From an uncultured Gemmatimonadales bacterium (GTDB lineage Bacteria; Gemmatimonadota; Gemmatimonadetes; Gemmatimonadales; GWC2-71-9): 64,000 nucleotides of DNA. A program made the position numbers and the translations under genes. Below are positions 60,331-64,000 of this stretch, one piece after another. How positions within the stretch are numbered: position 1 is the stretch's first letter; each line of letters opens with the position of its first letter. Under the pieces are notes generated by a model, which was not told the DNA's origin, searched no databases, and saw nothing but the letters and a program-made list of their open reading frames with translations. Location of the stretch: NCBI GenBank assembly GCA_963844035.1, contig CAWJMT010000037.1:96001-160000 (forward strand), read 5' to 3'.

Positions 60331-61732
60331 ACCCTCCCCCGCCGGCGCTGGGCGTCTCGGCGAGCAGCCCGTGCTTCTTCCGCTTCTCCCACAGGTTCTT
60401 ACGGCTGATACCCAATATCTCAGCCGCCCGCTGGATGTCGCCGCTCGTTTCTTCCAGCGTGTGGCGAATGTATTCCCGTTCCGCTTCGGCCAGGGTGAGT
60501 CCCTTGGGGAGTTGGAAAGTCGTGGCGCGTGGCGGGCCGGCCCCGCCTCCGCCCGCGCGCTGGCCGAGCGGCGGGAGGTCCGAGCGATTCAGGACCGGCC
60601 CTTTACTGAAGATCATCGCACGCTCGATCACGTTGCGCAGCTCGCGGACGTTGCCGGGCCAGCTCCAGGTCTGCAAGGCCGTGAGCGCGGCCGGATCGAT
60701 CGATTCCACCCGCTTCTTGAACTCCAGGCTGAACGTTTCGCGGAAGTGATTCGCCAGGAGGGGGATGTCGGTCTTGATGTCGCGTAAGGGCGGCAGGGTC
60801 ACGCTCGCGACGCCGACCCGGTAGTAAAGGTCGGAGCGAAACGCACCCGTCGCCACAAGCTGCTCCAGGTCCCCGTTCGTGGCCGTTACGAGCCGGAGCG
60901 CCACCTCCAGCTCCTCCGTGCCCCCGAGGCGGCGAACCCGGCGGCTTTCGAGCACGTTCAAGAGCTTGGCCTGAAGCTCGGGGCCGAGCTCCGCGATCTC
61001 GTCCAGGAACAGCGTCCCGCCGTCGGCCACCTCGATGAGTCCGCGCTTCGCCTCACGGGCGTCGGTGAACGCGCCCTTCTGGTAGCCGAACAGCTCCGCC
61101 TCGAGCAGGTTCGCGGGCAAGGCCGAGCAGTTGATCTCGACGAACCGGCCCGCCGAGTGCGGGCTGGAGTAATGAATGGCGCGCGCGACCAGGTTCTTGC
61201 CGGTGCCGCTTTCCCCGAGCAGCAGGACGGTGGGACGCGGGATGGCCGCCATCTGGCGGACGAATTCGCGGACCTGTTCGACCTTGGGATGCAGGCCGAG
61301 GATCGCGCCAACCGAGAACTGCTGCCCGCGGGCCTGTTCAAGCGAGGCCCCCGCCTCGAGGAGCGGTCGTTCCTTGAGCGCCCGCACGAGGAATGTGGTC
61401 AGCTCGTCCACGTTGACGGGCTTTGTGAGGTACTCGGTGGCGCCCGCTTTCAGCGCCTCGACAGCGGTGGCGATGTCGGCGTGCCCCGTGAGGATGAAGA
61501 TGGGGAGATGGGGGTCGACAACGCGCAGGCGGCGGGTCACTTCGACGCCGTCCAAATCCGGCATGACGAGATCGGTGATGACGGCGTCCGCCGGCTGCTC
61601 CGCATGGCGCGCCAGCAGGGCATCGGGCCGCTCGAAGACCGTGCTGCGGAACCGGCCCCCCGGCCCGAGGTTCGCGGCCACGAGCTTGGCGTGCACCACG
61701 TCGTCGTCGAGGATGTAGATTTTGTAGCTCAT
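60329..61732 (-). CDS. NtrC/AtoC-family sigma54-dependent response regulator
   Basis: Receiver domain, 'GESGTGK', 'ELFGYQKGAFTDA', 'GGTLFLDEI', 'WPGNVRELRN', Fis-type HTH. Confidence 0.95.
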   Translation of the reverse strand: MSYKIYILDDDVVHAKLVAANLGPGGRFRSTVFERPDALLARHAEQPADAVITDLVMPDLDGVEVTRRLRVVDPHLPIFILTGHADIATAVEALKAGATEYLTKPVNVDELTTFLVRALKERPLLEAGASLEQARGQQFSVGAILGLHPKVEQVREFVRQMAAIPRPTVLLLGESGTGKNLVARAIHYSSPHSAGRFVEINCSALPANLLEAELFGYQKGAFTDAREAKRGLIEVADGGTLFLDEIAELGPELQAKLLNVLESRRVRRLGGTEELEVALRLVTATNGDLEQLVATGAFRSDLYYRVGVASVTLPPLRDIKTDIPLLANHFRETFSLEFKKRVESIDPAALTALQTWSWPGNVRELRNVIERAMIFSKGPVLNRSDLPPLGQRAGGGGAGPPRATTFQLPKGLTLAEAEREYIRHTLEETSGDIQRAAEILGISRKNLWEKRKKHGLLAETPSAGGGG

Positions 61733-61741
61733 TGGCCGCAC

Positions 61742-61766
61742 CTGTCCCCGCTAATATTGGGGACAG
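61742..61766. promoter_or_regulatory. Inverted repeat in the short divergent intergenic region
   Basis: CTGTCCCC-gctaatatt-GGGGACAG. Confidence 0.5.
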
Positions 61767-61788
61767 CCCCCCCGCACAGCCAGGACCT

Positions 61789-62160
61789 ATGGCCGCTTCG
61801 TTCCGGGCGTTGATCATCGACGACGACCCCGACCTCTTGAGCTTGATCCGGCGTACGCTCGAGTTCACGGCCGGATGGGACGTGCAGACGGCGCTCTCGG
61901 GCGCCGCCGGGATCGCGCTGGCCCGCGCCGCGCCGCCCGACGTGATCCTGGTGGACGTGATGATGCCCGAGATGGACGGCTACGAGGTGTGCCGCCGGCT
62001 CAAGGCCGACTCCGCGACGGCAGCGGTGCCGGTTGTGTTGCTGACGGCTCGCCGGGAACTGGACGACCGGCTGCTCGCGGGGACGGGCTCGGCGGGTGTC
62101 CTGCTCAAGCCGTTTCAGCCCCAGGACCTCGCGCGCCAGGTCCGCGAGCTGTGCCCATGA
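61789..62160 (+). CDS. Single-domain response regulator
   Basis: 'LIIDDD', 'DVMMPEMDGYEVC', 'LLTA', 'KPF'. Confidence 0.92.
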   Translation: MAASFRALIIDDDPDLLSLIRRTLEFTAGWDVQTALSGAAGIALARAAPPDVILVDVMMPEMDGYEVCRRLKADSATAAVPVVLLTARRELDDRLLAGTGSAGVLLKPFQPQDLARQVRELCP

Positions 62161-64000
62161 GCACGCCGGATCCCCTCGCCGAAGTCAGGGCGGAGTTCGC
62201 CGCCGGCCTGAACACGCGGATCGACGCGATGCGCGGGGCTCTCGAGCGGCTGCGCACCGATTTTTCCACCCAGGATGCGGAGCGGCTGTACCGGGCGGCG
62301 CACTCACTCACCGGCACAGCTGGGAGTTTCGGGGCCGAGGCGCTCGGGCACGTCGCGGGGGATCTCGAGTCGCTGGCGCGCGGGTGGCTCGCGCGCGGCC
62401 GCTCCCTCCCGGAGGAATGGCGCGTCGCCGCTGCCGCCATCAGGGAGCTCGACGCGGCCGCGCGCGAATACCGGACCACCGCGGCCCCCGGGGTGCTCCG
62501 CTCGCCGGCCGCCCGCCTGGCCGTCGTGGGCGAGCTCACATCGCTCATCAACGCCGCCGTCGACATGCGCGAGATCTTCCGGGGTGCGATCCTCAAGGTG
62601 CAGCGCGTCCTGGACTTTCGCCGGGCGAGCGTGGTGCTGATCGACGACACCGCCACGCACTATTACGTCCACACTCTGTACGACCGGGACCGCGGCGGGT
62701 TCGTGACCCGTGAAGCGGTGTTTCCCATCGAGCAGGGAATCACCGGGCAGGCGATCCGCTCCGGGCACCCGATCCGCGTGGACGCCCTGCCGGGAACCGA
62801 AGGCATTCTGTTGCAGGAGGGCAAGCACGTCTCGGCGATGATCGTGCCGCTGCACGTCGGCGACCGGGTGATCGGCGCGCTCAATTTCGGGCACGAAGAT
62901 CCGGGGCGCTATTCGGAGGACGATCTCGACTGGGCGGTCGTGCTCGGCCGCCAGATCGAAACCTCGCTCTACTACTCCAAGCTCCTGAGCACCATCGCCG
63001 AGCAGCGCGAGGCCCTGGCGCGGGAGCACGAGGCGGTGCAAAGCCAGCGCAACCGGCTCGAGGCGCTGATCGACGCCAGCGACGCCGCCATCATGCTGGT
63101 CGGGCCCGACCGCCGCATCGCGCACGCCAACGCCGAGATGGCGCAGCTCGTGGGGATTCCCCGGGAAGCGATGCGGGGCGCGAGCGTGGACAGCATCCAC
63201 CGGTTTCTCGCGGGATCCTTCGTCGAGCCGAAGGCGCTGGCCGCTCAGGAGGAGGCTCTGTCGGTCGACGTTTCGCTGCGCGACCGGGTCGAGCTCAAGT
63301 TCCCGCAGCGCGCCGTGTACCAGCGGGTGGTGGCGCCGGTGCGCGAGAGCCTGGGAGCGCTGCTCGGCCACATCGTGCTGTACCGCAACGTCACCCACGA
63401 GGTGGAGGTCGAGCGGGCGAAATCCGAATTCGTGTCGGTGGTGAGCCACGAGCTGCGCACGCCGATGACGTCCGTGAAGACTTCCCTCTCGCTGCTGCTG
63501 GACGGCGCCGGGGGACCGCTGGGAGCCACCGCCAGGGAGCTGCTCGAGATCGCCCACCGCAACGCGGAGCGGCTGATCCGCCTCGTGAACGACCTGCTCG
63601 ACCTGTCGCGCCTCGAGGCGGGGCGGATGGAGTTGCACATCGAGCGAGTCGCGCTGGGCGAGGCGATCAAATCGAGCGTCGACGCCGTCCGCGGGTTCGC
63701 AGACGAGCGGGAGGTTGCGATTGCGCTCGTGCCGCCTCCAGAGCCGATCGCGGTCCAGGGGATGCGCGACCGGGTGGAACAGGTCGTGGTGAACCTGCTC
63801 GCCAACGCCATCAAATTCTCCCGCTCGGGCGGCCAGGTGCGGGTGCGGTGGTGGCGGGACGAGGCGGCGCCGTGGTCGAGGTGGCCGACCAGGGGCCCGG
63901 TATTCCGGCCGACAAGCTGGGCGTGATCTTCGAGCCGTTCCGCCAGCTGGACAGCTCGACCACGCGTGAGCACGGCGGCGCGGGACTGGGACTGGCAATC
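62157..64000 (+). CDS. Hpt-GAF-PAS sensor histidine kinase (runs off window; frameshift near 63870)
   Basis: Hpt '[12 protein letters not shown]', GAF, PAS, 'SHELRTPM', 'NLLANAIKF', then 'VADQGPGIP...IFEPFRQ...[10 protein letters not shown]' in a shifted frame. Confidence 0.92.

Overview
A GC-rich chromosomal window from a diderm bacterium, most likely Gemmatimonadota (inferred from gene content and style, not proven). Many otherwise intact genes are broken by single-base indels, which look like long-read assembly errors rather than pseudogenes. In order, it holds a TonB-dependent receptor, a GT9 heptosyltransferase, a full kdpFABC-DE locus with an extra upstream peptide and a kinase-less KdpD paralogue, a YfcC transporter and Tat-exported amidase, an IPT/Kelch lipoprotein, a serine hydrolase, qor, ada, DinB/SRPBCC/ArsR, RidA, an AAA ATPase, split pntAB, a cation/proton antiporter-rhodanese fusion, VOC, osmC, SURF1, a DEAD-box helicase, citrate synthase, a four-helix-bundle gene, acyl-CoA dehydrogenase, rhomboid, a PIG-L deacetylase with an Fe3+-type ABC importer, MFS and ABC-2 exporters, and a surface-fibre locus with its two-component system. 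Highlights: (1) 48.9-60.1 kb looks like a complete DUF11 fimbrial system: an outer-membrane barrel anchor, a major subunit with a split DUF11 fold predicting donor-hairpin complementation and an intermolecular Lys-Asn isopeptide bond, a chaperone-like acceptor-only protein and a tip adhesin. It has two sigma54 promoters sharing a tripartite enhancer next to an NtrC-family activator. (2) The antiporter-rhodanese fusion reads through an in-frame UGA with a SECIS-like hairpin and is probably a selenoprotein (CxU). (3) The four-helix-bundle gene is bracketed by inverted 8-bp tandem arrays. (4) Two paralogous [DE]RR-repeat microproteins may bind c-di-GMP. No rRNA, tRNA, CRISPR array or transposase was seen.
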